NCBI GenBank assembly: GCA_045598165.1 | Contig: JAZLLN010000088.1 | Span: 56,588-120,587 of the forward strand | Direction: 5' to 3' | Length of the DNA: 64,000 nt | DNA from: Candidatus Cryptobacteroides sp. | GTDB lineage: Bacteria > Bacteroidota > Bacteroidia > Bacteroidales > UBA932 | Shown: positions 30,779-40,045 of the stretch, piece after piece | Position numbering within the stretch: the stretch's first letter is position 1 | Layout: every line of letters starts with the position of its first letter | Notes under the pieces: generated by a model | The model's database searches: none | What the model was told of the DNA's origin: nothing | The model's input: the letters and a program-made list of their open reading frames with translations, nothing else | Translations under genes and position numbers: made by a program

Positions 30779-32317
30779 ATGACTCAAGACGAACTGTTCA
30801 AGGTACTCGTGGCACATTGCAAGGAGTACGGATTCATTTTCCCTTCAAGTGAGATTTATGACGGTCTGGCTGCCGTTTATGACTATGGCCAGATGGGTGT
30901 CGAACTCAAGAACAACATCAAGCAGTACTGGTGGAATGCGATGACCCGCCTGAACGAGAACATCGTCGGTATTGACTCCTGCATCTTCATGCATCCCCGC
31001 ATCTGGGAGGCATCCGGCCATGTGGGAGCTTTCAATGACCCCCTCATTGACAACAAGGATTCCAAGAAGCGTTACCGTGCAGACGTGCTGATAGAAGATT
31101 TCCTCGGCAAGATTGAGGAGAAGATGAACAAGGAGGTTGAGAAGGGCCGTCGCAAGTTCGGAGACGCCTTCAATGAGGAGCAGTTCCGCGCCACCAATCC
31201 CAACGTGCTTCGCGAGAAGAAGAAATGGGACGAGGTTCACGACCGTTACGTTGCTGCCGAGGCGGCGAACGACCTCAATGAATACAGGCAGATAATCATC
31301 GACAATAATATCGTGTGCCCCATCAGCGGTACCTGCAACTGGACCGAGGTCCGTCAGTTCAACCTTATGTTCAGTACGTCCATGGGCAGCACGTCAGAGG
31401 GAGCAAACACCATATATCTGCGTCCCGAGACAGCACAGGGCATCTTCGTGAACTACCTGAACGTTCAGAAGACGGGCCGTATGAAGATTCCTTTCGGAAT
31501 AGCCCAGATAGGAAAGGCCTTCCGCAACGAGATAGTGGCACGTCAGTTTATTTTCCGTATGAGGGAGTTCGAGCAGATGGAGATGCAGTTCTTTATCAAG
31601 CCCGGCACCGAGCTCGACTGGTTCAGGAAGTGGAAGGAGCAGCGTATGAAGTGGCACGTCAATCTGGGGATGGGTGCGGAGAATTACCGTTTCCACGATC
31701 ATGAGAAACTTGCACATTATGCAAACGCAGCCACCGATATCGAGTTCAACTTCCCCTTCGGTTTCAAGGAACTTGAAGGTGTGCACAGCCGTACTAATTT
31801 CGACCTTGGAAACCATCAGAAATTCTCAGGCAAGAAGATAGAATACTTTGATCCCGAGGAGAACAAGGCTTATACCCCTTATGTGGTCGAGACTTCCATC
31901 GGTGTGGACCGTATGGTGCTTGCAGTTCTCAGCCACTCGTTCCACGAGGAACAGTTGGAAGGCGGGGACAGCCGCGTGGTTCTCAGCATCCCGGCTCCGC
32001 TCGCTCCGGTCAAGGCCGCTGTTCTGCCTCTTGTCAAGAAAGACGGACTTCCCGAACTTGCACAGAAGATAATGGATGACCTGAAGTATGATTTCAACTG
32101 TCAGTACGAAGAAAAGGATTCCATCGGCAAGCGCTACCGTCGTCAGGATGCCATCGGTACTCCTTTCTGCATTACCGTCGACCACGACAGTCTCAAGGAC
32201 AATTGCGTGACAGTACGTGATCGTGATACCATGCAGCAGGAGCGTGTGCCTGTCTCAGAACTTCGCTCAATGATAGACAAGAAGGTCAATCTCAATAATC
32301 TCCTCCGCAACCTTTAA
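30779..32317 (+). CDS. glyS: Glycine--tRNA ligase (homodimeric, GlyQS type)
   Basis: YDYGQMG, YLRPETAQGIF, GKAFRNEI, REFEQME, ELEGVHSR, SIGKRYRRQDAIG. Confidence 0.96.
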   Translation: MTQDELFKVLVAHCKEYGFIFPSSEIYDGLAAVYDYGQMGVELKNNIKQYWWNAMTRLNENIVGIDSCIFMHPRIWEASGHVGAFNDPLIDNKDSKKRYRADVLIEDFLGKIEEKMNKEVEKGRRKFGDAFNEEQFRATNPNVLREKKKWDEVHDRYVAAEAANDLNEYRQIIIDNNIVCPISGTCNWTEVRQFNLMFSTSMGSTSEGANTIYLRPETAQGIFVNYLNVQKTGRMKIPFGIAQIGKAFRNEIVARQFIFRMREFEQMEMQFFIKPGTELDWFRKWKEQRMKWHVNLGMGAENYRFHDHEKLAHYANAATDIEFNFPFGFKELEGVHSRTNFDLGNHQKFSGKKIEYFDPEENKAYTPYVVETSIGVDRMVLAVLSHSFHEEQLEGGDSRVVLSIPAPLAPVKAAVLPLVKKDGLPELAQKIMDDLKYDFNCQYEEKDSIGKRYRRQDAIGTPFCITVDHDSLKDNCVTVRDRDTMQQERVPVSELRSMIDKKVNLNNLLRNL

Positions 32318-33303
32318 TGGCAACGTTTGCAGATCTGGGCCGAGTGGAGGCCATCCGTCAGCTTTTCGAAGGAACAGGTTTCATTCCTTTCGGGGAACCT
32401 CTGTTCTATATGGCAAAAGCTGGAGATGCAGTGACGACAGCCTCTGTAACGATGCTGGAAGGGATGGATTTCGATCTGGTGTACTTCCCTCTCAAGCATC
32501 TTGGTTATAAATCAGTCATTGCAGTGACCGGGGAACTTTATGCCGTGATGGCACAGCCGGAGACGCTGTCCGTAAGACTTGGAATTTCATCGAAACTTGA
32601 TTTTGAGCAGACTCGGGAATTGTGGAGCGGAATAGTCTCTGCTGCCAAAGAACACGGATACAAGAGCCTGAGCCTCGACCTGCAACCTTCCAAAAACGGA
32701 CTCTGCATCAGCATTGCTGCAGGTGGAAGATGTTGCAAACTGAGTTGCGTAAGGCGTTCCAAGGCCCAGAGCAAGGATCTCATCTGCGTTTCAGGAAGCC
32801 TGGGAGCCGCATATCTGGGACAGAGGGTTCTTGAAGCCGAAAGGCGGAAATTCGATGAGGGGAGTCTTGAGCAGAAAAGGATAGAGAAATACAAGATGCT
32901 GGTAGCCGCTTACCTCAAACCTGAATTGGCCCCGGGAACGGTACATCAGCTGGAAGATGCGCAGATATACCCCTCGTTCGGTTATTTCATCAACAGAGGC
33001 CTTGCAGACGCCGTTCTGAGGCTCACCCGGGACAGCGGACTGGGCGCCAAGGTCTATGCGGACAAAATTCCTTTTGAAGGAGGCAGTTTCGAACTCGGAA
33101 GGGAACTTGACATAGACCCTGTTTCCGCGGCTATGAGCGGCGGGGATGATTACAGGCTTCTTTTCACCATCCCGATTCTTCAAATGGAGAAATTCGGCAG
33201 GGAATTCCAGACATTCGACATCATAGGTCATCTGGCTCAGCCGGAAGTCGGAGCGGTGCTTGTCACGCCCGACGGTCTGGAGCATCCGATTTCCACTTTT
33301 TAG
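32317..33303 (+). CDS. Degenerate thiamine-monophosphate kinase (ThiL)-like protein
   Basis: LEGMDFDLVYFPLKHLGYKS, DLICVSGSLGAAY, GGDDYRLLFT align to ThiL, but Mg/ATP-binding aspartates are replaced (see findings). Confidence 0.75.
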   Translation: MATFADLGRVEAIRQLFEGTGFIPFGEPLFYMAKAGDAVTTASVTMLEGMDFDLVYFPLKHLGYKSVIAVTGELYAVMAQPETLSVRLGISSKLDFEQTRELWSGIVSAAKEHGYKSLSLDLQPSKNGLCISIAAGGRCCKLSCVRRSKAQSKDLICVSGSLGAAYLGQRVLEAERRKFDEGSLEQKRIEKYKMLVAAYLKPELAPGTVHQLEDAQIYPSFGYFINRGLADAVLRLTRDSGLGAKVYADKIPFEGGSFELGRELDIDPVSAAMSGGDDYRLLFTIPILQMEKFGREFQTFDIIGHLAQPEVGAVLVTPDGLEHPISTF

Positions 33304-33350
33304 AAAAATTTTTTTAACATTGCAATCTGACGTGCATCTTGGGTTCTGAT

Positions 33351-34334
33351 ATGAAACGACTTGTTATTATCTTCATTATGATGCTGTTTTCATTCTGTTC
33401 TTCTTTTGGACAGGAGGCTGTAGCCACATCGAATCGGAATCCGGTTTTTCTGTTTGAGGACTTCACTCCGTCCGTTATCAGAATCAGGGAGAAGGTCGTA
33501 AGAGGGGTAATGGTAAATTATGATATAAACAATCAGAAATTGTATTACGTTGAAGGAGAACATGTGATGGAGATGACTAATTCCCGGGATTTGGATACCT
33601 TGTATGCCGCAGATAGCAGGTTCGTTTGGAAAAATGGCTCGCTTTGCGAGTATATTCCCGAAGATTACGGTTCTGTATATGTCAAGCGAGAGATTCGTAA
33701 ATTCAGTGATATTGAGAATATTTATTACCTTGTCTGCAATGACCGTGAATATACGGTAAGGGATCTTTCCGACTTGTATGAACAATTTCCGGAAAAGGCT
33801 TCGGAAACGAGGAATATGGTCCGTGAATATGGCCTGAGTATGACAGATGTGGATGGGGCATGTAAGATTTTCCGTTTCGTCTGTTCCGGCACCCTTCCTC
33901 AATTTACCTATAAAGACCTTATCGGGTACTGGTGCCTGGATATGGAATATAACAGGGAACCTCATAAGCTCATTCATTTCATAGACGGGAGTACCGCTGT
34001 CATTTATAGTGAAACGGGTGTAGTCAATCAGTTCCATAATACTGTAGGCTTGCAGGTGCCCGGTTTCAACGGTCTTTTCTATTGTCCTCAGCATAATTCA
34101 ACGTATGGATACTCCCTGACAAACGAAGCAGTCAGGATATCCAATGGAATGACTCTCAAGATTACAAAAAAGGGACTTCTTAAAGTCGAGGGGACTTCGG
34201 TTCTGTACCGGAAATTCGAGCAGCGGACTTTCTCGGAGGTAGTACCTCCTCTGAATTCACGGTACGGGAATCCGGAAAGGAATGAGTGGAACCCGGTTCC
34301 CGGTCTATCGGTGTTTGACCCGAATCCACGTTAG
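33351..34334 (+). CDS. Hypothetical exported protein
   Basis: Signal peptide MKRLVIIFIMMLFSFCSSFG; long ORF with coding-like composition; no recognisable motif. Confidence 0.6.
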   Translation: MKRLVIIFIMMLFSFCSSFGQEAVATSNRNPVFLFEDFTPSVIRIREKVVRGVMVNYDINNQKLYYVEGEHVMEMTNSRDLDTLYAADSRFVWKNGSLCEYIPEDYGSVYVKREIRKFSDIENIYYLVCNDREYTVRDLSDLYEQFPEKASETRNMVREYGLSMTDVDGACKIFRFVCSGTLPQFTYKDLIGYWCLDMEYNREPHKLIHFIDGSTAVIYSETGVVNQFHNTVGLQVPGFNGLFYCPQHNSTYGYSLTNEAVRISNGMTLKITKKGLLKVEGTSVLYRKFEQRTFSEVVPPLNSRYGNPERNEWNPVPGLSVFDPNPR

Positions 34335-34395
34335 CCGGGTTAAGAAATCAAGTGAATTTTTAGTACCTTTGTCGCTCTTTGAAGAAAGGAGAGAT

Positions 34396-36264
34396 ATGAA
34401 AGTGACATTGACAGTCGAATACCACACTCGATGGGGTGAAAGTCTGTGCCTTGTGGCGCAGGATGTAAAATATGCCATGCGGTGGGCCGGAGAGGGTGTG
34501 TGGAGTGTTACGCTGAAGAATGCTACCGCAGCTATGCTCAAGGACTACAGTTATGTTGTGATGGAGGACGGGCTTATCTCCCGAACGGAATGGGAGCACC
34601 ATCACAGCAAACTTGTATCTGAAATACACGATTCGTGGATTGACTGTCCCATCTCCGGATGCCCTTTTCCCCGCAGGCATTCTGCATCGATTTTTGACAG
34701 TCCCGGATTCCGTGGAGCCGGCACGGCCGTGCCGGTATTCTCCCTCAGGACGGAATCGGACTTCGGCATAGGGGAATTCACGGACCTCAGGCCTCTGGTT
34801 GACTGGGCAGCCCGCACGGGGCAGTGCATCATCCAGTTGCTGCCCATCAACGACACCACCCGCAAGGGGGATTGGAAGGATTCCTATCCGTACAGTCCCA
34901 TCAGCAGTTTCGCCCTGCATCCCCTTTACATCCATCTGCAGGACATAGGTGTTGAGGAAGATGCGGAATTCCGGAAGATGCAAAAGGAACTTAACGCATT
35001 GCCGGAGTTGGACTATCCGAGGGTTTTCAAGGCAAAGATGGCATATGTCCGCAAGGCGTTCGAGAAGAACGGGGCTGTAGATATGGCAGGTGCGGCATTC
35101 CACAGCTTCTATGCCGCCAATTCTTCCTGGCTGGGCGAGTATTGCGAATTCTGTGCTCAAAGGGACGGACTGGAGACAGAATACTATGCCTGGATGCAGT
35201 ACCATCTGGACAAACAACTTTCCCGCGAGGTGGCATATGCCCACAGGAAGGGCGTTTATCTCAAAGGAGACCTGCCTATAGGAGTGAGCGGAGACGGTGC
35301 GGATGCATACTGGCATCCCCAACTCTTCAATCTTGATTCATCGGCCGGAGCTCCGCCCGATTTCTTCTCCGCTGACGGACAGAACTGGGGCTTCCCCACC
35401 TATAACTGGGAGGAGATGGCAAAGGATGATTATGCCTGGTGGAAAGCACGTCTGCGCAAGATGGCTCAGTATTTTGACGCTTTCCGTATAGACCATATTC
35501 TCGGTTTCTTCCGTATCTGGGAGATTCCCTCCGGGGTCAGGAGCGGAATGCTGGGGCACTTCAACCCAGCCCTGCCTTACACGGCGGAGGAAATAGCCGC
35601 AGCCGGACTCCCGATAGATGGGCTCTTCCACGAGGACCCGCGCAATCCCGGGAAATACCAACCTCTGATAACACCATTATCCGCTGATTTGCCCCAATGG
35701 CAGCAGGAACGTTTCGGAGCCATATACAATGACTTTTTCTACCACCGCAACGATGCATTCTGGCGTCACAACGCCTTGCGCAAGCTTCCCGAACTTCTCG
35801 GAGCCACAGGAATGCTGGCCTGCGGCGAAGATTTGGGAATGGTTCCCGACTGTGTGCCGGGAGTTATGGACGGACAGAAGATTCTGTCGCTGAAAATGAG
35901 AGGAATGGAGCAGGAAGGAGAGTGGAAGGAACTCAGCGTCTGCGCAACGTCCAGCCACGATATGCAGACCCTGCGTATGCAATGTGACAACGATCCGCAA
36001 CCCTGGGAGTGCCTCAATATGCTTTCGAAGTTCCTGTTCTCTCCATCAATGCTTGCAATCTTCCCGATTCAGGACTGGTTGTCTTTGAGCGGCCGTCTTA
36101 GAAATCCTGATCGCAATGAGCGCATCAATCATCCCGAGAATCCGGACCACCACTGGCGCTACAGGGTGCATCTGAATCTTGATGTCCTTGCTGAAGATTC
36201 GGATTTCTGTGTGAGTGTCGCTTCCATGATAAAGGATTCAGGAAGGGCTCAGATGTGCCTTTAA
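34396..36264 (+). CDS. malQ: 4-alpha-glucanotransferase (GH77, amylomaltase) with N-terminal CBM20-like segment
   Basis: EYHTRWGESL, QLLPIND, YLKGDLPIGV, QNWGFPTYNW, RIDHILGFFRIW, CGEDLG, TSSHD. Confidence 0.92.
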   Translation: MKVTLTVEYHTRWGESLCLVAQDVKYAMRWAGEGVWSVTLKNATAAMLKDYSYVVMEDGLISRTEWEHHHSKLVSEIHDSWIDCPISGCPFPRRHSASIFDSPGFRGAGTAVPVFSLRTESDFGIGEFTDLRPLVDWAARTGQCIIQLLPINDTTRKGDWKDSYPYSPISSFALHPLYIHLQDIGVEEDAEFRKMQKELNALPELDYPRVFKAKMAYVRKAFEKNGAVDMAGAAFHSFYAANSSWLGEYCEFCAQRDGLETEYYAWMQYHLDKQLSREVAYAHRKGVYLKGDLPIGVSGDGADAYWHPQLFNLDSSAGAPPDFFSADGQNWGFPTYNWEEMAKDDYAWWKARLRKMAQYFDAFRIDHILGFFRIWEIPSGVRSGMLGHFNPALPYTAEEIAAAGLPIDGLFHEDPRNPGKYQPLITPLSADLPQWQQERFGAIYNDFFYHRNDAFWRHNALRKLPELLGATGMLACGEDLGMVPDCVPGVMDGQKILSLKMRGMEQEGEWKELSVCATSSHDMQTLRMQCDNDPQPWECLNMLSKFLFSPSMLAIFPIQDWLSLSGRLRNPDRNERINHPENPDHHWRYRVHLNLDVLAEDSDFCVSVASMIKDSGRAQMCL

Positions 36265-39200
36265 TTCTTCCTGACGACGGAATAGCTGAGTCCCAGATGC
36301 TCAATGCCGTTGATGAATTCCTCGCAGACAGCTACTGAATACTTCTTGGAAACCATCTCGATGCGGTAGTTCTTTTCTTTGTCGGTCAAGGTGATTCCAA
36401 GAGTGGTTTTCCCCTTGAATTCCTTGAGGATTTTCACAAGCTCCTTCTTGAAATCCGCATTCAGCCTTTCGTCAGGAACGGTTATGGTGAACGATTTGAT
36501 ATGGTCTTCCCCTACATTGCCCAAAAGGGAAATCTTCTTTATCTTGAACGAGTAAGGCACTGTCTTGTCCTTGGTACGTTCCTCCGGCTTGACGAAATAT
36601 CTTTCCGCAATCTCCCCTTCTATGTATAGTTGGGAGTGCAGTTGCATATAGGCCATATAAGCCTCGTAGTCCTTGCCGAAAAGAGCCAGTTCATAAGTTC
36701 CGCTGAAGTCCTCGAGTACTATTCTCGCCCCGGGAGCGCCGGCTTTTGTCGTCACGGGCTTGATATCCGTCACAATACCCGCTACAGCGGTCTTGGTGGG
36801 AGTCTTCAACTTTTCACATTCGTCAATCCTCTCGTTGAGAGAAGAAAGCCGGCAGTCCGTAAAGTGCTCTATCTCAAATGCGTATCGGTCTAAAGGATGA
36901 GAACTGAGATACATTCCCACATATTCCTTTTCCTTTTGCAGGAGGGCAAGTACGTCTTCTTCAGCAATCAGGGAAGGCATCTCGGGACGTACGGGTTTCA
37001 TTTCCTCGACTTCACCGAAAAGGGAGGTTGAGGAGTCCAGCTTGTCGTTTCTGTAAAGATCGGCGTAGCGGACAAGCTCGTCTATGAACAGATCATCGCT
37101 TTTGCCTGAGGTAAAGAATTGACCCCGTTTGTAGCCGAAAGAATCGAAGGCACCGGAAAAAACGAGGGTTTCGAGGGATTTCCTGTTGACGCTTCCGGAG
37201 AGCCTTTCCATAAAGTCCCATACGTCGGTAAACAATCCGCGTGCGGACCTTTCCTCAATAATGGCTTTGACGACATTATCCCCGAATCCTTTAAGTCCGC
37301 CCAGCCCGAATCGTATGTCTCCTTTTTTGTTGACGGAGAAATCCGCTTCGGACTCGTTGACATCCGGACTCAGCACCTTGATCCCTCCCTTCCGGCAGTC
37401 TGCCATAATCTCCTTCATCTCCTCCATGTCCGAGGTGTTCTGGGTGAGGTTGGAGGCCTGGAATTCGGCAGGATAGTGAGCTTTGAGCCAGGCTGTCTGG
37501 TAGCTTACCCAGGCATAGCAGGTGGCGTGGGACTTGTTGAATGCGTATTTTGCGAAAGCTTCCCAGTCTTTCCAGATTTTCTCCAGCATCTCCTGGGGAT
37601 GGCCGTTCTTGAGGGCTCCTTCCATGAAGGACTGTTTCAGGGAGTCGAGCACATCCTTCTTCTTCTTGCCCATAGCTTTGCGGAGCTTGTCCGCCTTGCC
37701 TTTGGAGAATCCTGCAAGTTTCTGGCTGAGCCTCATCACCTGTTCCTGATATACAGTCACGCCGTATGTCTCTTTCAGGTACTCTTCCATATCAGGAAGG
37801 TCATAGCTGATGGTGCTTGGATCGACTTTGCCTGCGACGAACTTTGGGATGTAGTCCATGGGACCCGGACGGTAGAGGGCATTCATTGCTATGAGGTCTT
37901 CGAAGCGTTCCGGATGAAGTTTGATGAGCCACTCCTTCATTCCTCCGGATTCAAACTGGAAGATGCTCTTGGTATCACCACGGCTGTAAAGGTCAAAGAC
38001 TGCCGGGTCGTCGATGGGAATCTTTTCAATGTCGAAATCGGGGTTGTTGTCAACGCTTCCGAAGCGTTTTTTGACAAGCGCGAGGCAGCGGTCAATGATG
38101 GAAAGTGTCTTGAGTCCAAGGAAATCCATCTTCAACATACCCACATCCTCGATTTTCGTTCCCTCGTACTGACTTACCCAAACTTGCTGTCCGGTGGCCT
38201 TGTCTTCTCCCATGGTGATGGGGATAAAGTCCGTGAGATCACCGCGTCCTATGATCATGGCGCAGGCATGGATGCCGGTCTGACGGATGCAGCCTTCCAG
38301 TTGCAGTGCGTAGTTCAGCACCTCCCTTACCAGAGGATCCCCGTTTTCGAACTCATTTTTGAGTTCCTTGACATATTTGATGCTGTTGGCAAGTGTCGGC
38401 TTGTATTCCTTGTCTTCTCCGTTTTCCTTGACCACAATGGGCCGGTCCGGAATCATCTTGGTCAGACGGTTTGATTCGGGGATGCTCAGATTAGAGATGC
38501 GTGCAACGTCCTTTACGGCCAGTTTTGCGGCCATAGTGCCGAAGGTTATTACGTGCGACACGTGATCGGCACCGTAATGTTCCTGCACGTACTGGATTAC
38601 GCGGTAACGGCCGTCATCATCGAAATCCACGTCGATATCGGGCATCGAGATACGTTCAGGATTGAGGAAGCGCTCAAACAGAAGGTCGTAGCGGATGGGG
38701 TCAAGATTGGTGATACCGAGGCAGTATGCAACCATCGAACCGGCGGCGGAACCACGTCCAGGACCTATGGATACACCGTTCCGGCGTCCCCAGTTGATGA
38801 AATCCTGCACAATCAGGAAATAATCCGGGAATCCCATGTAACTGATGGTCATCAGTTCGAAATGAAGCCGTTCCGACTGTACCTCGTTGAGGGTTTCCCC
38901 GTAACGTCTGCGGGATCCTTCGTAGGCAAGGTGGCAGAGGAAGGCCACGGATTTGCAGAACTCCTCTCCCCTGTCTTTTTTCTCCAGCACATTGCCGTCG
39001 TGGTCCTTCGTTATTTCCCAGCGGCCGTTGTCTATTATATCCTTATATTTTTCCAGGTAAGTATCGACGTTCGCGAGGAAGGTTTCGTCTATCTGGAATT
39101 TCGGAAGGACGTGACCTCTGTCTATGTCATAACGCTCCACCTTGTCCAGAACTTCAAGAGTATTGGAAATGACCTCCGGATGCTCCGGGAAAAGGGACGA

Positions 39201-39977
39201 CATCTCCTCCTCGCTTTTCAGATATTCCTGCTGCGTGTAGCGGAGGCGCTTGGGGTCATCCACCATCGAGTTGGTGGTGAGGCAGATGAGCCTGTCGTGT
39301 GCCGGACCGTCCTCCTTGCGGATGAAATGGACGTCATTCGTGGCCACAACTTTAACCTTGTGCTTCTCAGCCAGTTTAAAGATGGCATCGGTGTACTTCT
39401 TCTGTTGGAAATACAAATCCTGGCTCAGTCCCGGGACTTCAGTTCTGTGAAGCATCACCTCGAGGTAATAGTCCTCTCCGAATACCTTCTTGTGCCATTC
39501 GATAGCTTTGTCCACGGCATTCCAATCCTCGGCAAGGATGGCTTTCGGTACCTCGCCGGCCATACAGGCAGAGCAGCAGATAATGTCCTCGTGGTATTTC
39601 TCCAGCACCTCATGGCTCACGCGCGGCTTGTAATACATGCCGTTGATGTGGCCCTCGGAGACAATCTTCATCAGGTTCTTGTACCCGTTGTAGTTTTTAG
39701 CCAGCAGGATAAGATGATAGTATTTCTTGTGGTCGTTGTCCTTGATACGGTGATCATAATGCTGAGTAACATAGACCTCGCAACCTACGACAGGCTTCAC
39801 TTCCGGATATTTTTTCGCCGTATCGCAGAAGTCCTTGATTCCGTACATATTGCCGTGATCGGTGATGGCGATGCCGGGCATGCCGAGCTCTTTGGCTCTC
39901 TCGAAAAGTTTCCCGATATCGGACATCCCGTCCAGAATGGAGTATTGTGTATGTACGTGAAGATGGACGAATGACAT
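36261..39977 (-). CDS. dnaE: DNA polymerase III subunit alpha
   Basis: FVHLHVHTQYS (PHP domain), GPGRGSAAGS, SMPDIDVDFD, KMDFLGL, YAFNKSH, OB-fold C-terminus; no intein. Confidence 0.97.
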   Translation of the reverse strand: MSFVHLHVHTQYSILDGMSDIGKLFERAKELGMPGIAITDHGNMYGIKDFCDTAKKYPEVKPVVGCEVYVTQHYDHRIKDNDHKKYYHLILLAKNYNGYKNLMKIVSEGHINGMYYKPRVSHEVLEKYHEDIICCSACMAGEVPKAILAEDWNAVDKAIEWHKKVFGEDYYLEVMLHRTEVPGLSQDLYFQQKKYTDAIFKLAEKHKVKVVATNDVHFIRKEDGPAHDRLICLTTNSMVDDPKRLRYTQQEYLKSEEEMSSLFPEHPEVISNTLEVLDKVERYDIDRGHVLPKFQIDETFLANVDTYLEKYKDIIDNGRWEITKDHDGNVLEKKDRGEEFCKSVAFLCHLAYEGSRRRYGETLNEVQSERLHFELMTISYMGFPDYFLIVQDFINWGRRNGVSIGPGRGSAAGSMVAYCLGITNLDPIRYDLLFERFLNPERISMPDIDVDFDDDGRYRVIQYVQEHYGADHVSHVITFGTMAAKLAVKDVARISNLSIPESNRLTKMIPDRPIVVKENGEDKEYKPTLANSIKYVKELKNEFENGDPLVREVLNYALQLEGCIRQTGIHACAMIIGRGDLTDFIPITMGEDKATGQQVWVSQYEGTKIEDVGMLKMDFLGLKTLSIIDRCLALVKKRFGSVDNNPDFDIEKIPIDDPAVFDLYSRGDTKSIFQFESGGMKEWLIKLHPERFEDLIAMNALYRPGPMDYIPKFVAGKVDPSTISYDLPDMEEYLKETYGVTVYQEQVMRLSQKLAGFSKGKADKLRKAMGKKKKDVLDSLKQSFMEGALKNGHPQEMLEKIWKDWEAFAKYAFNKSHATCYAWVSYQTAWLKAHYPAEFQASNLTQNTSDMEEMKEIMADCRKGGIKVLSPDVNESEADFSVNKKGDIRFGLGGLKGFGDNVVKAIIEERSARGLFTDVWDFMERLSGSVNRKSLETLVFSGAFDSFGYKRGQFFTSGKSDDLFIDELVRYADLYRNDKLDSSTSLFGEVEEMKPVRPEMPSLIAEEDVLALLQKEKEYVGMYLSSHPLDRYAFEIEHFTDCRLSSLNERIDECEKLKTPTKTAVAGIVTDIKPVTTKAGAPGARIVLEDFSGTYELALFGKDYEAYMAYMQLHSQLYIEGEIAERYFVKPEERTKDKTVPYSFKIKKISLLGNVGEDHIKSFTITVPDERLNADFKKELVKILKEFKGKTTLGITLTDKEKNYRIEMVSKKYSVAVCEEFINGIEHLGLSYSVVRKN

Positions 39978-39981
39978 AATG

Positions 39982-39989
39982 CAAATATA
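39982..39989 (-). promoter_or_regulatory. -7 promoter element (TATATTTG) for dnaE
   Basis: TAnnTTTG match only 4 nt before the ATG at 39977. Confidence 0.6.
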
Positions 39990-39991
39990 AC

Positions 39992-40027
39992 AAAAAAACA
40001 CCCGACCTGAAAGAGCCGGGTGCTTTT
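39992..40027 (-). terminator. Intrinsic terminator after secDF
   Basis: Minus strand reads CACCCGGC-TCTTTCAG-GTCGGGTG followed by T7; T run also on the plus side. Confidence 0.75.
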
Positions 40028-40045
40028 AATATGGAGAAGATTCCC

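Noticed and set aside
34360-35322. 320-aa minus-strand ORF (likewise 48123-49145)
   Set aside because: Antisense to malQ (and to the esterase); protein sequences look non-coding.
37119-39974. Long plus-strand ORFs (451 and 473 aa) opposite dnaE
   Set aside because: Antisense shadows of a strongly biased essential gene; no motifs or signal, and they fully overlap dnaE.
36261-39977. Possible intein in DnaE
   Set aside because: Length (~1238 aa) is normal; only a short lineage-specific loop, with no intein or homing-endonuclease motifs.
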